Source: an uncultured Acidobacteriota bacterium
Lineage (GTDB): Bacteria; Acidobacteriota; UBA6911; RPQK01; JAPXNP01
Direction: 5' to 3'
Assembly: GCA_963777605.1 (NCBI GenBank)
Contig: CAVZRV010000027.1
Span: forward strand, 192,001 to 256,000
Length of the DNA: 64,000 nucleotides
Shown here: piece after piece, positions 31,535 to 41,868 of the stretch
How positions within the stretch are numbered: position 1 is the first letter of the stretch
How the letters are laid out: every line of letters begins with the position of its first letter
Translations under genes and position numbers: made by a program
The notes under the pieces: model-generated
Seen by the model: only the letters and a program-made list of their open reading frames with translations
Told to the model about the DNA's origin: nothing
Database searches by the model: none

Positions 31535-31728
31535 TGCAATGTCCGCAAGAGGAAACTCATCGACGATCGCATCAGCCGTTCCGTGAACGGACAGAAAAAC
31601 GGCGACGCGGAAGGGAGCGATAGCTAGTGGCACGAATTGTTGTTGATCCGATCACGCGCTTCGAAGGGCGCCTCAGAATCGAAGCGGTTGTCGAGGAGTG
31701 TCGAGTAGCCGGCATCTTGAGGCACTGA
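31535..31728 (+). pseudogene. [NiFe]-hydrogenase operon remnant (large subunit N-terminus, preceded by probable small subunit tail)
   Basis: GTG 31627: MARIVVDPITRFEGRLRIEA, like DPITRIEGHLRIE, stopping after 33 aa; upstream frame ends in an overlapping TAG with a GGGAG RBS. Confidence 0.7.
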
Positions 31729-31888
31729 ACGACAGCCGGCAAGGAACTCACCAGGCCATCCAACAACTCTGCCGGTGCCGGCGCTTCCAGAACCGGTAAG
31801 CAGTTGCTTTGCCGGTCCAGAGATCGGCGTCCGGCCTCGTCCGTGGCCCACAGGCGGTTCACCCCGCAGCCAGAATCTCGCTCTGATG

Positions 31889-32833
31889 TCAGAGGTTGAG
31901 ATATCGATCGTAGAACGAGAGCGATGACTGCTGCCGCACGGTCAGCCCGTCTGATTTGCGCCGGACCTCCACTTCATAGGGCATCTCGGAACTCCCGGAA
32001 CCAACCGCGCTACCCGGAAATTCTCCCTTGGTCTTGAAGTCAATCTTGATCACTCCGTTGTTCACCGAAACTCCCGGTGTCTCAATGTACTCGGAAGGTT
32101 GATGGGTGGACTGATATGGGTCATAGAACGGAATGAGGTGATCGACCATTGTCAGGCGCTGTACCGGCTTCGGGATGACCCTTACCTCCCAATCGTTTTC
32201 ATTGATGCCGCCGGGTACGTTGACCTTCAGGTAGTACGCCACGGAGTCCCCACCGTCGCTCAGAGTGGTTTTCGCCTGGCCCCCGCTGCTGTAGGGATTG
32301 AATGTGGCACCCACCTGGTCACCGGCCGCGTCCCACCAGCGCCGCACCGACCCGTCTTCATTGGCCCAGTACAGCTGCGTCCCCCAGACGCTGAGCGAGA
32401 CAACCGCACTGGCCTCGCCTTCTCCACCGCTGCCGGTGGCTCTGATCTTCGGCGAATCGGACAATGAAAATGTCCCCTGATCCCAGTTCTCCTCTGGAAT
32501 GACGCTGTCGGCGGCCGTGACGCTGAGCACGGTGCTGGTCCCGCTTGAAGCACTGTACGAACTGGCCTTGAAAAGCCGGGTGCTGGGCTTATCCCCGGTC
32601 CACTGGGCAGCCTTGGCCTGGCTGCCGACACGGAATTCAGCGGTGGTAGTGCCGGTCTCTCCCTGGACCAGGTTCAGCTTCGCACTCGAAAGCGTTACCG
32701 CAACCGTCTGCTCCTCCTCGCAGTCGCAGCCCGGGTCCGCTCCGGTCAGAAATCCTCCGAGGCCGTCAGAGGCCAGATTGCTGAGGGCCAGTAACCCGAG
32801 CAGAAGCAAAAGCCGTAGGTCTTTGATGTTCAT
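31889..32833 (-). CDS. Secreted hypothetical protein, possible atypical lipoprotein
   Basis: Hydrophobic N-terminus then ASDG..GCDC; beta-rich; 4 nt downstream of the previous gene. Confidence 0.7.
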   Translation of the reverse strand: MNIKDLRLLLLLGLLALSNLASDGLGGFLTGADPGCDCEEEQTVAVTLSSAKLNLVQGETGTTTAEFRVGSQAKAAQWTGDKPSTRLFKASSYSASSGTSTVLSVTAADSVIPEENWDQGTFSLSDSPKIRATGSGGEGEASAVVSLSVWGTQLYWANEDGSVRRWWDAAGDQVGATFNPYSSGGQAKTTLSDGGDSVAYYLKVNVPGGINENDWEVRVIPKPVQRLTMVDHLIPFYDPYQSTHQPSEYIETPGVSVNNGVIKIDFKTKGEFPGSAVGSGSSEMPYEVEVRRKSDGLTVRQQSSLSFYDRYLNL

Positions 32834-32837
32834 TGCG

Positions 32838-35800
32838 TTACTCCGTCCCCGTCTGGAAAAAGGTTGAGAAGTCAGACGGCAAACCTTGGGACGAACCCGA
32901 GTTTGGAGACGAAAGAATATTGCCAGAGACGTGGACATAGCTTCCTGCCGCCGGCAGAGTGATGGGCACTCCGGTCAGACTCCAGTCGAGCTTCAGACGA
33001 CTTGTGATCAACTGCGGCCCACCAGGCGGTTCCAGCACCCGGAATATCAGCCCGAGACCGGGCAGGTTCTCTTCCGGTTGAGCGTCCGGGAAGCGCTGGA
33101 GGGTCAACTCTCCAAAAGGATCTGAACTTCCCTCCTCGATCACATCGACGATGACCTCGGCCGGTGCGACTGTCTTGACCGTCAAATTGTAGGTATCGTT
33201 TGCGTAGGATCCCGTTCCAATGTTGTCTCCGGCCTTCAGACCGCCGAAATCGGATGTCACGTTGAAGAAGCCCACCTGGAACCAGGCCAGCGCGAGTTGA
33301 CCCTCGGCCTGGTCGAAGGAAAAGGAGACGTTGGCCGCCTCCCCTCCTGTAGTCGTGTCGAAAGAGGCCCTGAAGCCCGGGGCAAAGTTCATGCCGCACT
33401 CGTACGTGTTGCCGCCTCCCGAACCGTTGTCGACTTGAATGCTCTTGAGCTGAAGGTATCCCCGGGTCGGCACTGATCCGGAAATTCTCGGAACCCGTGC
33501 CGTCCAGCCTTGTGCACCCTCTGAGGCGATCACCGGAAAGGCGATTTCCGAATTCTGGTTGGTCTCCGTGTCGAACTGCTGAAAGTTGAACACCACCAGA
33601 GGGTTGTCGCCAAACCGGGTCCCCTGCAGACGGACGTTCACACCCGGGCGCAGGAAGATCGGCGAGACGCGGAAGAGATTGGCCAGCGATGCGGAAGGGG
33701 CACCAAATGTCAACTGTTCGGTCGTCCGCCTCGTCAACCGTCTGTCCCTCTCGGGGGACGTCGAAACGGAATTGAACTCCGTAGTCACGGCGACTTTGCC
33801 CGGGTTTGCCGGCACCGTGAGCAGGCCCGGAACCAGCCAAAACTCGGTCTGAACTTCCGATCCGACGTAGGTAAAAGGCTGTTTGCCGAAGAACTGGATC
33901 TCCATAGCCAAGTTACCGTTGGCACTGCCCGCAATCGTCCCGTCGCCTATTGCAGCCGTTCGCTCGGGACCAAACTCGATCAGGTCAAAGGTCCCCCCTC
34001 CAGCCGCGCGGGCGATCAGTTCATACGTCCTGCTCTCATCGTCGCGGATGAAATTTCCAAATCCGATCCGGTCCCCGACTAAAATTCCGGAACCGTCCAC
34101 CCCGAGTCCCGCCGACTCGAGTCGAACGGTCTCCAGGGCGAAGTCTCCGCTCTTCTGGATCAGGCGCCAGTTTGCCGTGGGCGAGACCGTTCCTGCCAGG
34201 CTTTGGGCAAACTTGAGGCTCGAGGTCGGAGCGAACCCGTTCGTCTTTCGGAAATAGGGCATCGAAGTCAGCTTGGTATCCGCCTGGCGAAGGCTCAGGA
34301 ATGTCGCATACTGGCCGGCCGAAATATCGATCCTGCCGTCGAATTCGTCAATCCCTTCGACGTCGGGAAACAGTTCGTGGAGGAACTGCGCGTTGTGCTC
34401 GAAGTTTTCCAGCGAGATTACGGTGGAAGCTTTCCATGAGCCGGTCCGATCATAGAGCGTCATGGTCACCGAGTTGGTGCCAGCCACATCGGAAGGGATC
34501 GGATATGCAACGGCGATCCCAGTATTGTAGCGGTCAAGACTGTCCGCAATCACAGAAAGAGTCTTCTGCAGCGGCGTAGTTCCGACGCCGGCCTCGGAAT
34601 CGAGGATGCCTTTATTGAAGATGGAGAACAGTGCCGTCCCATTGATCGGCTCGTCCATGCTGACGACTGCGTATCCGGTCTGGAGCTCGCCCGTTCCGCT
34701 CGTGACAAACCGCGAGACAGCATTGGGATCCAAACCGAAGTTGAACTGGGCCGCCCGGGTCCCGCTGATCGTCACCTCCATCGGCGTTCCGTCCGAGCGG
34801 TAAAACTCGATCGTGCCTCCGGCCCGGCCTTCCAGGTTGTTCATCAAGACGATCGTAGACTTGATCGACAAGTCCCCCGCAGCGCCGTCTCCCATGTGCG
34901 CGAAGGCGATCTTGGTCCAGGTCGCTCCTGGGGCCGGCGCCTTGAGCATCGGCATCGAGGTCAACTGATCGCTCGTGGAACGCAGAGTGACGCCGTAGAA
35001 TTCCCTGGTGGAGCTCAGAACCGCAGAACCCTCGAACTCCTCAATACCGGGAACCGACGAAAAAAGCTCATCCAGAAACTGTGAAGCATGCCCCCAAGGC
35101 GGAAGCGCCACTTGCGCGGTTTTCTTGGAGTTCCCGTTCCGGTCGAACAGTTCGACCTGGACAGTCACGTTTTCGTTGCTGGGGTTGGACAGTGCGATTC
35201 CGGTCCGACTCGCGCCGATCATGTCCGCAAACAACATGAACTCGGTTCCTACCGGAGACTCTTCGACTCCGACGTCGGTGTAGATGCGGCCACTGCTATC
35301 CCGAATTCCAAATGTCGCGGTCCCGCCGATCGGCTGATCCGAGTGAACGTGGGCCCAACCCACCTTAACGTTCCCGGTACCTGCCGTCTGAAAGCGTTTC
35401 GTCTGGCGGGAACCCAGCGCAAACGGGAATGAACTGTTCGCAACTCCGTCGATCGTGACCACGAGCGGCAACCCGTCATTGTCAAAGAATTCGATCGTTC
35501 CGCTGGTCTCGTTCCTGGTCTGGTTGATCAAGATCAGGGTGGTCTGAAAAAACTGCTGGGTACCCGGGATCTGCCCATCTCCGATTTGCGCGAACACAAT
35601 TGCAGTCCCGAGATCGACGATCGACAGGTCGGGCTCAGAGAATCCTCCTACCGATTCGGAGACGACCGGACTGCGCAGCCAGCCTCCGTTCCCCTTCCTG
35701 TCCTCGGCAAGTCGCACCAACTGCTCGGCTCGAGCGGGGTCCTCCTGGAAGTAACGATAGACCAACTGGGGTGGAAGTTTGGCTCTGCCTGCAACCAGCA

Positions 35801-35861
35801 AAAGTACGGCGGCGCAGAAAACCAGGCCAGGAAAAAGTCGTGTGAAGATCAGACGGAACAT
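32838..35861 (-). CDS. Large secreted protein (1007 aa) with two tandem copies of the shared module and IPT-like beta domains
   Basis: Signal/TM segment; IVFAQIGDG..LTSMP and IAFAHMGDG..LTSMP repeats; AGGAGAGG RBS. Confidence 0.85.
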   Translation of the reverse strand: MFRLIFTRLFPGLVFCAAVLLLVAGRAKLPPQLVYRYFQEDPARAEQLVRLAEDRKGNGGWLRSPVVSESVGGFSEPDLSIVDLGTAIVFAQIGDGQIPGTQQFFQTTLILINQTRNETSGTIEFFDNDGLPLVVTIDGVANSSFPFALGSRQTKRFQTAGTGNVKVGWAHVHSDQPIGGTATFGIRDSSGRIYTDVGVEESPVGTEFMLFADMIGASRTGIALSNPSNENVTVQVELFDRNGNSKKTAQVALPPWGHASQFLDELFSSVPGIEEFEGSAVLSSTREFYGVTLRSTSDQLTSMPMLKAPAPGATWTKIAFAHMGDGAAGDLSIKSTIVLMNNLEGRAGGTIEFYRSDGTPMEVTISGTRAAQFNFGLDPNAVSRFVTSGTGELQTGYAVVSMDEPINGTALFSIFNKGILDSEAGVGTTPLQKTLSVIADSLDRYNTGIAVAYPIPSDVAGTNSVTMTLYDRTGSWKASTVISLENFEHNAQFLHELFPDVEGIDEFDGRIDISAGQYATFLSLRQADTKLTSMPYFRKTNGFAPTSSLKFAQSLAGTVSPTANWRLIQKSGDFALETVRLESAGLGVDGSGILVGDRIGFGNFIRDDESRTYELIARAAGGGTFDLIEFGPERTAAIGDGTIAGSANGNLAMEIQFFGKQPFTYVGSEVQTEFWLVPGLLTVPANPGKVAVTTEFNSVSTSPERDRRLTRRTTEQLTFGAPSASLANLFRVSPIFLRPGVNVRLQGTRFGDNPLVVFNFQQFDTETNQNSEIAFPVIASEGAQGWTARVPRISGSVPTRGYLQLKSIQVDNGSGGGNTYECGMNFAPGFRASFDTTTGGEAANVSFSFDQAEGQLALAWFQVGFFNVTSDFGGLKAGDNIGTGSYANDTYNLTVKTVAPAEVIVDVIEEGSSDPFGELTLQRFPDAQPEENLPGLGLIFRVLEPPGGPQLITSRLKLDWSLTGVPITLPAAGSYVHVSGNILSSPNSGSSQGLPSDFSTFFQTGTE

Positions 35862-36059
35862 CTCACGCCTCTCCTTTCGGGAACTCCTTTACTTGGCTAA
35901 GATGGGGCAGCATGGCGTCGCTGTCAACCCATCGAGAGCGAATACTTTGCCACCTATTTCAAAATCTGAGCGATGCCCGATAGTATGACTGCGATTTACT
36001 TCAAAGCTTGAAGCGTTCCAGACTCGATATCGAGATTTGAGAGATTGAGGAGCAGATTC

Positions 36060-36899
36060 ATGAGGGAGGTCATTATTCAGGCCCTCGCCGGTACGGGGAT
36101 CCCGGGCTGGTTGGTTCCCGACTATTGGTTTATGCTGACAACGGCCATCATCGCGGGATCGCTGGTGACATTGGTCATGAGCCGCCATGCCAAGCTGTCC
36201 GCTCCCGTCTCGGATCTTCTCTTCTTCGGGATTCTCGGGCTTTTCGTCGGATCGAAGATCCTCTACGGCCTTCAGTACTGGGACTCCTGGTCCTGGGGAC
36301 GAATGCTCCAACCGGCGGGCTTTGCCCTCTATGGGGGGCTGCTGGGTCTGCTCACAGCATGGCTGGGCTACTACCTGGTCCGGCCATTTCCATTGTGGTC
36401 GTTTCTCGATTCGGTTGCCCCTGGGCTGGCACTCGGCCTCTTTTTCGGCCGGATCGGATGCTTTCTGGCCGGATGCAATGGCGGAATCGCCTGTGGCTGG
36501 CCGTGGGCCGTCTCATTTCCTCCCGGCACTTCCTCTTTCGAACAACAGGCGGCGTTGGGGTACATTCCACCTGGTGCCGACCTGAGTCTTCCCGCTCACC
36601 CCACTCAGCTTTACGAGTCTTTCTTCGGCCTGGCCTCTTTCTTCCTCCTCTGGCGATTGCTCCGCTCACGACGGTGGGAAGGAGAGGTCTTCCTGACCGG
36701 GATGATTTGGTATTCGGCGTTCCGGTTTCCATCCGAGTGGCTGCGGGCCGACGGAGGCGGCTTTCGGCCGTCGGGGGTTCTCTCCTTCGCCCAGGCTGTT
36801 TCCCTGATCGTTCTCGCTGTTGCCCTGGCCGCCTACTATCGACGGTCAAAGTCCAATTTCCAGGCCAATGCCGGAGGTTCTCCCGGTCTTCGAATGTGA
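36060..36899 (+). CDS. lgt: Prolipoprotein diacylglyceryl transferase family protein (Lgt paralogue)
   Basis: YGGLLG, GRIGCFLAGC, HPTQLYE, RF..E.LR; multiple TM segments. Confidence 0.85.
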   Translation: MREVIIQALAGTGIPGWLVPDYWFMLTTAIIAGSLVTLVMSRHAKLSAPVSDLLFFGILGLFVGSKILYGLQYWDSWSWGRMLQPAGFALYGGLLGLLTAWLGYYLVRPFPLWSFLDSVAPGLALGLFFGRIGCFLAGCNGGIACGWPWAVSFPPGTSSFEQQAALGYIPPGADLSLPAHPTQLYESFFGLASFFLLWRLLRSRRWEGEVFLTGMIWYSAFRFPSEWLRADGGGFRPSGVLSFAQAVSLIVLAVALAAYYRRSKSNFQANAGGSPGLRM

Positions 36900-37127
36900 G
36901 CGAGCCCCGAGTTCACTGCACGCCGCCTTCTTCATCAGTCCCTGCTCCCGTTACCGGTCCGTTCCAGACTCAAGGGGAACGGTGACTTGACGACTGGCCT
37001 TACCTCCGCAATCATTCTCGGTACCGGCCCGACTGTGGCGGCGGGCCTTGAGTTTAAACCAGTTGCGGCGGGACCCCGCTCTCCGCTGCCAGCCTGTCGA
37101 GGGTCAAAAGGAATCGGAGGATTCGAG

Positions 37128-38438
37128 ATGAAAGCTCCCTTTGGTACAACACGCCGGGGTTTTATTCGCAAATCGGTCACTGCCGGAATTGCAACTGCCG
37201 CTCCGTCAATCCTTCCGTCCCACGTTCTCGGGCGGGGAAAGTCGGTGGCTCCCGGAGACAAAATCTCCCTGGGAGTCATTGGAATCGGCCCGCGTTGCCG
37301 GTACGTGCTGAAATCCATGCTCGGCCTGCCCGACGTCCGCTGCGTCGCCATCGCCGATGTGCAGGCAAACCGACGCGCCGAGGGCAAGGCCATGGTGGAC
37401 GAGTACTACCAGAATCAGGATTGTGCCACCGTTCGCGATTTCCGAGAACTGCTCGCGCGCCCAGACATCGACGCGATGCTCATCGCGACCGGCGACCGCT
37501 GGCACGCTTCCGCGTCGATCATGGCCGCAGAGGCCGGGAAAGACGTCTACAGCGAAAAACCGTGCGGGCTGACCATCGACTACTGCCAGCAGGTTTCAGC
37601 CACCATGGAAAAGACAGGACGGGTCTTTCAAGCCGGAACGCAACGGCGAAGCATCGTCAACTTTCAGCGAGCCGTGGACCTGGCTCACAGCGGGAAACTG
37701 GGCAAAATCCACACCCTCTACGCGTCCGTCTACACTCCCGAGATCCGGACCGCCTGGCTTCCCGGCGAACCGACTCCGGCGCCGCAATCGGTGGATTGGA
37801 ACCTGTGGCTGGGACCCGCGCCCTGGCGGCCCTACAACAGCCGGTACGTTTCGGGAGGCTGGCGGGGCCACTACGACTTCGACTCCGGCTGCAAGCTGCT
37901 TGACTGGGGTGCCCACACCCTCGATCTGTGCCAGTGGGCCAACCAGGCCGACGACACCATGCCGATCGAGTTCGAGCCGGGTGAGAGACGAATCACGGCC
38001 CGCTACGCCAACGGAGTCAACCTGATCCTGGACTTCCTCGAGACGCCTTTCGGAGAGCGTCCCGGATGGATCCAGCACCTGGGAACCTGCCCGGTCCGTT
38101 TCGTCGGCGACGCGGGATGGGTGGAGACCGGTGACAGCGGGGAGATTGAAGTGGATCCTCCCTCGCTCAAGAAAGAGGTCCCCGAGCTGGCCGAGAAAGC
38201 GAACGGTCTCGACGTCACCGCCCACGCCCGGAATTTCTTCGACTGCATGCGCACCCGGGGAAAGACGGCGGCGAATCCGACCGTGATGCGGCGTTCTCAC
38301 ATCGCCTCCCATGCTGCAGCGCTGTCCTGGCTCCTCAACCGGAAACTCAGGATCGACCCGGCCAGGGAGGCGTTCATTGACGACAGCGAGGCGAACAGCC
38401 TGCGCTCCCGCCCGGCCCGGGATCCGTGGAACGTTTGA
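37128..38438 (+). CDS. Tat-exported Gfo/Idh/MocA oxidoreductase
   Basis: TRRGFI; IATGDRWH, DVYSEKP, QAGTQRRS, DWNLWLGPAP, DWGAH. Confidence 0.9.
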   Translation: MKAPFGTTRRGFIRKSVTAGIATAAPSILPSHVLGRGKSVAPGDKISLGVIGIGPRCRYVLKSMLGLPDVRCVAIADVQANRRAEGKAMVDEYYQNQDCATVRDFRELLARPDIDAMLIATGDRWHASASIMAAEAGKDVYSEKPCGLTIDYCQQVSATMEKTGRVFQAGTQRRSIVNFQRAVDLAHSGKLGKIHTLYASVYTPEIRTAWLPGEPTPAPQSVDWNLWLGPAPWRPYNSRYVSGGWRGHYDFDSGCKLLDWGAHTLDLCQWANQADDTMPIEFEPGERRITARYANGVNLILDFLETPFGERPGWIQHLGTCPVRFVGDAGWVETGDSGEIEVDPPSLKKEVPELAEKANGLDVTAHARNFFDCMRTRGKTAANPTVMRRSHIASHAAALSWLLNRKLRIDPAREAFIDDSEANSLRSRPARDPWNV

Positions 38439-38455
38439 GGAGGGGAACTCGATTG

Positions 38456-39928
38456 ATGCCGACACGACTGTGTTTGTTTTCGTGGGTGATTCTCCTTCTG
38501 ACGGGATCTCTTTCCTTCGCGGCACCCGGTCCCGGCAAGCCCAACATCGTCTGGATCGTCGGCGAGAACCTCGACCTTGACCTGGGCTGCTACGGCGAGC
38601 ACGTGCGGACGCCCAACCTCGACCGCCTGGCGGCGGAAGGGGTTCGCTACACGAACGTCTTCGCCACTTCCCCGGTCTGCGCGCCGAGCCGGTCGGCATT
38701 CATGACCGGAATGTACCAGACGTCGACCGACACCCAAAACATGCGCAGCCACCGCGACGACGACTTCCGGCTGCCGCCTGGGGTCCGGCCGACTGACCCA
38801 CCGGCTTCAGGATGCGGGCTACTTCACCGCCAACATCATTCGATCGGCGACCGCGTCGTCGGCACCGGCAAACTGGACCTGAACTTCGTCAACGAGGGCC
38901 CGATCTACCAGTCGGACGACTGGTCCGCGTTGAAGTCTCACCAGCCTTTCTTCGCCAGGTCAACCTGCCCGAGGCGGAGTACGACATCTACGACCGGAAG
39001 TCCTGGGAGAAACCCCGCGTCAAGTGGGTCGGAGAAGATTGGCATCCCCGAATCGCCACTCCCGGGAACGTCTCTCCACCACCTTACTATCCCGATCACA
39101 CGCTCGTTCGTGAAGAATGGGCCCGCTACCTCAACTCTGTCTCCGGCATGGATGTCCGCGTCGGCTGGATCCTCGATCAACTGGAGCAAGAGGGGCTGGA
39201 CGAGGACACCGTCATCATGTTCTTCGGGGACAACGGCCGGCTGGAGGCTCGCGGCATCCACTGGTGCTAGGATTCGGGGCTGCGCGTCCCGATGATTCTC
39301 CGCTGGCCGAAGAACTTTCCGGCGCCACCTCAGAATCAGCCGGGCACCGCCAGACGCCCAGGTGATCAGCCTGCTCGACGTCACGGCCACGACCCTCTGG
39401 ATCGCGGGCATCGAGCGCCCGACGCTGATGCAGAGCCGCGGTTCCTCGGCGAACATGCTCGATCCCCCACGAACCTATGCCTTCAGCGCCCGCGATCGCA
39501 TCGACGAAACCGTCATCCGCCAGCGTTCGGTCCGCGACAATCGCTACCAATACGTGCGCAATCTCACGCCCGGCACCGGCTTTCTGACCCTGAACCGCTA
39601 CAAGGAGAAGTGTTTCCTGGTGATGCCTCTGATGCGACGGCTGCTCGCGGAGGGGAAACTGACAGGACCTCCGCTTGAACTCACCAAGCCATTCCCTGGT
39701 GAGATGCTTTACGACACGCTGGAGGACCCCTACGAGGTCAGAAACCTGGTCGGGTCGGCGAACCCGGAACACCGGTCGGCGCTGACGCGGCTGCGGGCCG
39801 CCCTCGACACCTGGATGGTCGAAACCGGAGACCGGGGCGATGTACTGGAACCGCCCGAACTCGTCGCACCATTCGAACAGGAGATGGACCGCTGGTTCGG
39901 GACCCCCGACTGGTACCGCAAGGACTGA
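38456..39928 (+). CDS. Secreted formylglycine-dependent sulfatase, frameshifted, with in-frame TAG at 39268
   Basis: PNIVWI, CAPSRSA signature, GDNG, SLLDVTAT, YDTLEDPYE in successive frames. Confidence 0.85.
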
Positions 39929-39931
39929 CCG

Positions 39932-41788
39932 TCAGGGATAGCTTGACATCTGCAGCCCGTCGCGGGTTCGCAGAACCGTCATCAGGAACGGCTGACTGTT
40001 GTCAGAGACAGCAGTCACCGAGGCGGTCACCAGCTCAGGATATTGCTCGCTCGTCAGGAAGAACGCCCGGTGTGCGCCGGGTCCGAGATCCACGTGAAAG
40101 CGCTCCTTCACATATCCCGGATTTTCCCCAACCAGTTCAACGTCCACCGAGATTGGTTGTGAATGGGGGTTCACCAGGGCAACCGCCGTTTCAAACCGGT
40201 CCACGCGATTGATGTAAGATGCGTGGCGGTTGGAGGGTCTTGAGGGAGCCACGCCGGCCTCGTAGCGCTTCTCGCCGGCACGATAGCGGAAGATGGAACT
40301 CCCCTCCAAAACGCGGTCCGATTCCACGCTGACCCAGCCCACCTGCAAGGTTTCGCCGCCAGACGTCTCCACGGCCCGGGACTCTCCTGCCGCAATCACC
40401 AGGTCGACATCCGAAGCACTCTCACGCCCGACCAGGGGAACCTTCAGTGGACTGCCGTCTTCATCCAGGAAGTGCACCGTGGCTTGAGCCGCCTTTCTCC
40501 CCGGATTTGAAAGTACCAGGAGAGTGCTCTGTCCCTGACCGTTCGCGAGTTGCGCGAAGTTGAGCCGAAGATCCGGCACGAAGACCGCGATGGAATCACC
40601 GTCCCGGACCAGAAGCCGCCCCTGCGAAGCGGAAAGGCTTCCGCCAAAGACTTGGCCGTCGAGCCAGACCGCCTCCCCCGATGTCGCCTTCCACGCGAAA
40701 AGCCCCAAATCAGTGGTAGTGAAAATGGTGTCGTTGATAACGACGCTGTCCCAAATGGCAAGGTCGAAAAGAGTGCCGTAGCTTGTGTATCCGTCTTCCC
40801 AGAGCACTTCACCCGTCTCAGGTGCTCTTGCCTGGAGGCACGGGTAACATCCTCCGCCGAGGGTCCGATCAGCGCCGGTTCGAAAGAAAAAGAGCCGGTC
40901 CCGTGACAGTGCCATCGCATTCGTTTTCGCATCCGCGCCCTGCCAAAGGACCGTTCCGTTCGCTGCATCGAGGACAGCGAATCGGGATGGCTCGAGCGCA
41001 AATCCAACGTAGGGAGAAATGGCCTGGTCAAGGAGGTAGACTCTGCCCTCGGACGCCATCAGATCGGTAACGGAGAAGACCTCCACAGACCAGACGATCT
41101 CCCCGTTCGAGGGATCGATCGATACCAGCCTTCCGTCGGCCAGCGAGACAAACAGCTGTTCACCCGAGAGAACGAGAGGAGCCTCCGCGGTCTCCGCCTC
41201 GATGGACCAGAGCAATTCCCCGCTTTCCACCGCAACAGCCCTGATCCCGGAAGTGCCGTGATAGTAGGCCCTCCGCCCGGTGACGATCGGGCTCCTCCAG
41301 CGCGGTCTCCCCGATTCCAGAATCCTGCCAGAGCAGTTCGCCGGTCGAGGCACGAACCATCGCGACGCCGGCGGCCGAACCACCCAGGAGCAGGTGATCA
41401 TGCGAGTAGGAAGGGGAGTAGTAGAGTCGTGAGTTCTCCGTTGGAAACTGGTGCTCCAGAGGAGTTTCGCTTCGAGGTCATAGAGCGAGAAAGCATAGAG
41501 GCGGTGCTCATAGTCCCAGGCACCGACCAGGACTCGGTCCTCGAACGACAACAGGGGAGTCCCCGATATCGGCAGTGAGGCGACTTTCTTGAGCGGAGCT
41601 TCGAAGTCGCCCATCTGGGTGGCCGCGCCCATCCGTTCGAACCCGTATCTCCCCGTGAAATGGTCCGCGAGGGCCTGGCCTGCAACGGGCAACACGCTGA
41701 GGCCGATCATGCACGGTATGAGCAGGATCCAGCAAGCATCGGGACGCAGCCAGGGCGAAGCCGCCCGGATTCTCTTTAAAGTATTCAT
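39932..41788 (-). CDS. Secreted PQQ-like beta-propeller protein with C-terminal shared module
   Basis: Repeats SGELLW/NGEIVW/NGTVLW/TGEVLW; compensating frameshifts ~41290-41430; C-terminal LNFAQLANG..MSSYP. Confidence 0.8.
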   Translation of the reverse strand: MNTLKRIRAASPWLRPDACWILLIPCMIGLSVLPVAGQALADHFTGRYGFERMGAATQMGDFEAPLKKVASLPISGTPLLSFEDRVLVGAWDYEHRLYAFSLYDLEAKLLWSTSFQRRTHDSTTPLPTRMITCSWVVRPPASRWFVPRPANCSGRILESGRPRWRSPIVTGRRAYYHGTSGIRAVAVESGELLWSIEAETAEAPLVLSGEQLFVSLADGRLVSIDPSNGEIVWSVEVFSVTDLMASEGRVYLLDQAISPYVGFALEPSRFAVLDAANGTVLWQGADAKTNAMALSRDRLFFFRTGADRTLGGGCYPCLQARAPETGEVLWEDGYTSYGTLFDLAIWDSVVINDTIFTTTDLGLFAWKATSGEAVWLDGQVFGGSLSASQGRLLVRDGDSIAVFVPDLRLNFAQLANGQGQSTLLVLSNPGRKAAQATVHFLDEDGSPLKVPLVGRESASDVDLVIAAGESRAVETSGGETLQVGWVSVESDRVLEGSSIFRYRAGEKRYEAGVAPSRPSNRHASYINRVDRFETAVALVNPHSQPISVDVELVGENPGYVKERFHVDLGPGAHRAFFLTSEQYPELVTASVTAVSDNSQPFLMTVLRTRDGLQMSSYP

Positions 41789-41868
41789 TTCAAGCGCCTT
41801 GTGCAGCCAGATTCCCCAGGTTTCCCTGCCGGAGTCGCTGCCGTTCACGCTCCCGGAAGGAAACCCGA

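Noticed and set aside
37020-37110. GC-rich structured stretch resembling tRNA-Sec
   Set aside because: No TCA anticodon loop, T-arm GTTCGA or acceptor stem.
25703-39270. In-frame TAG codons in the MCP (25703) and sulfatase (39268) as stop-codon recoding or pyrrolysine
   Set aside because: TAG terminates many intact genes here (e.g. 5961, 8526, 57362), both genes have other lesions, and no pyl genes are present.
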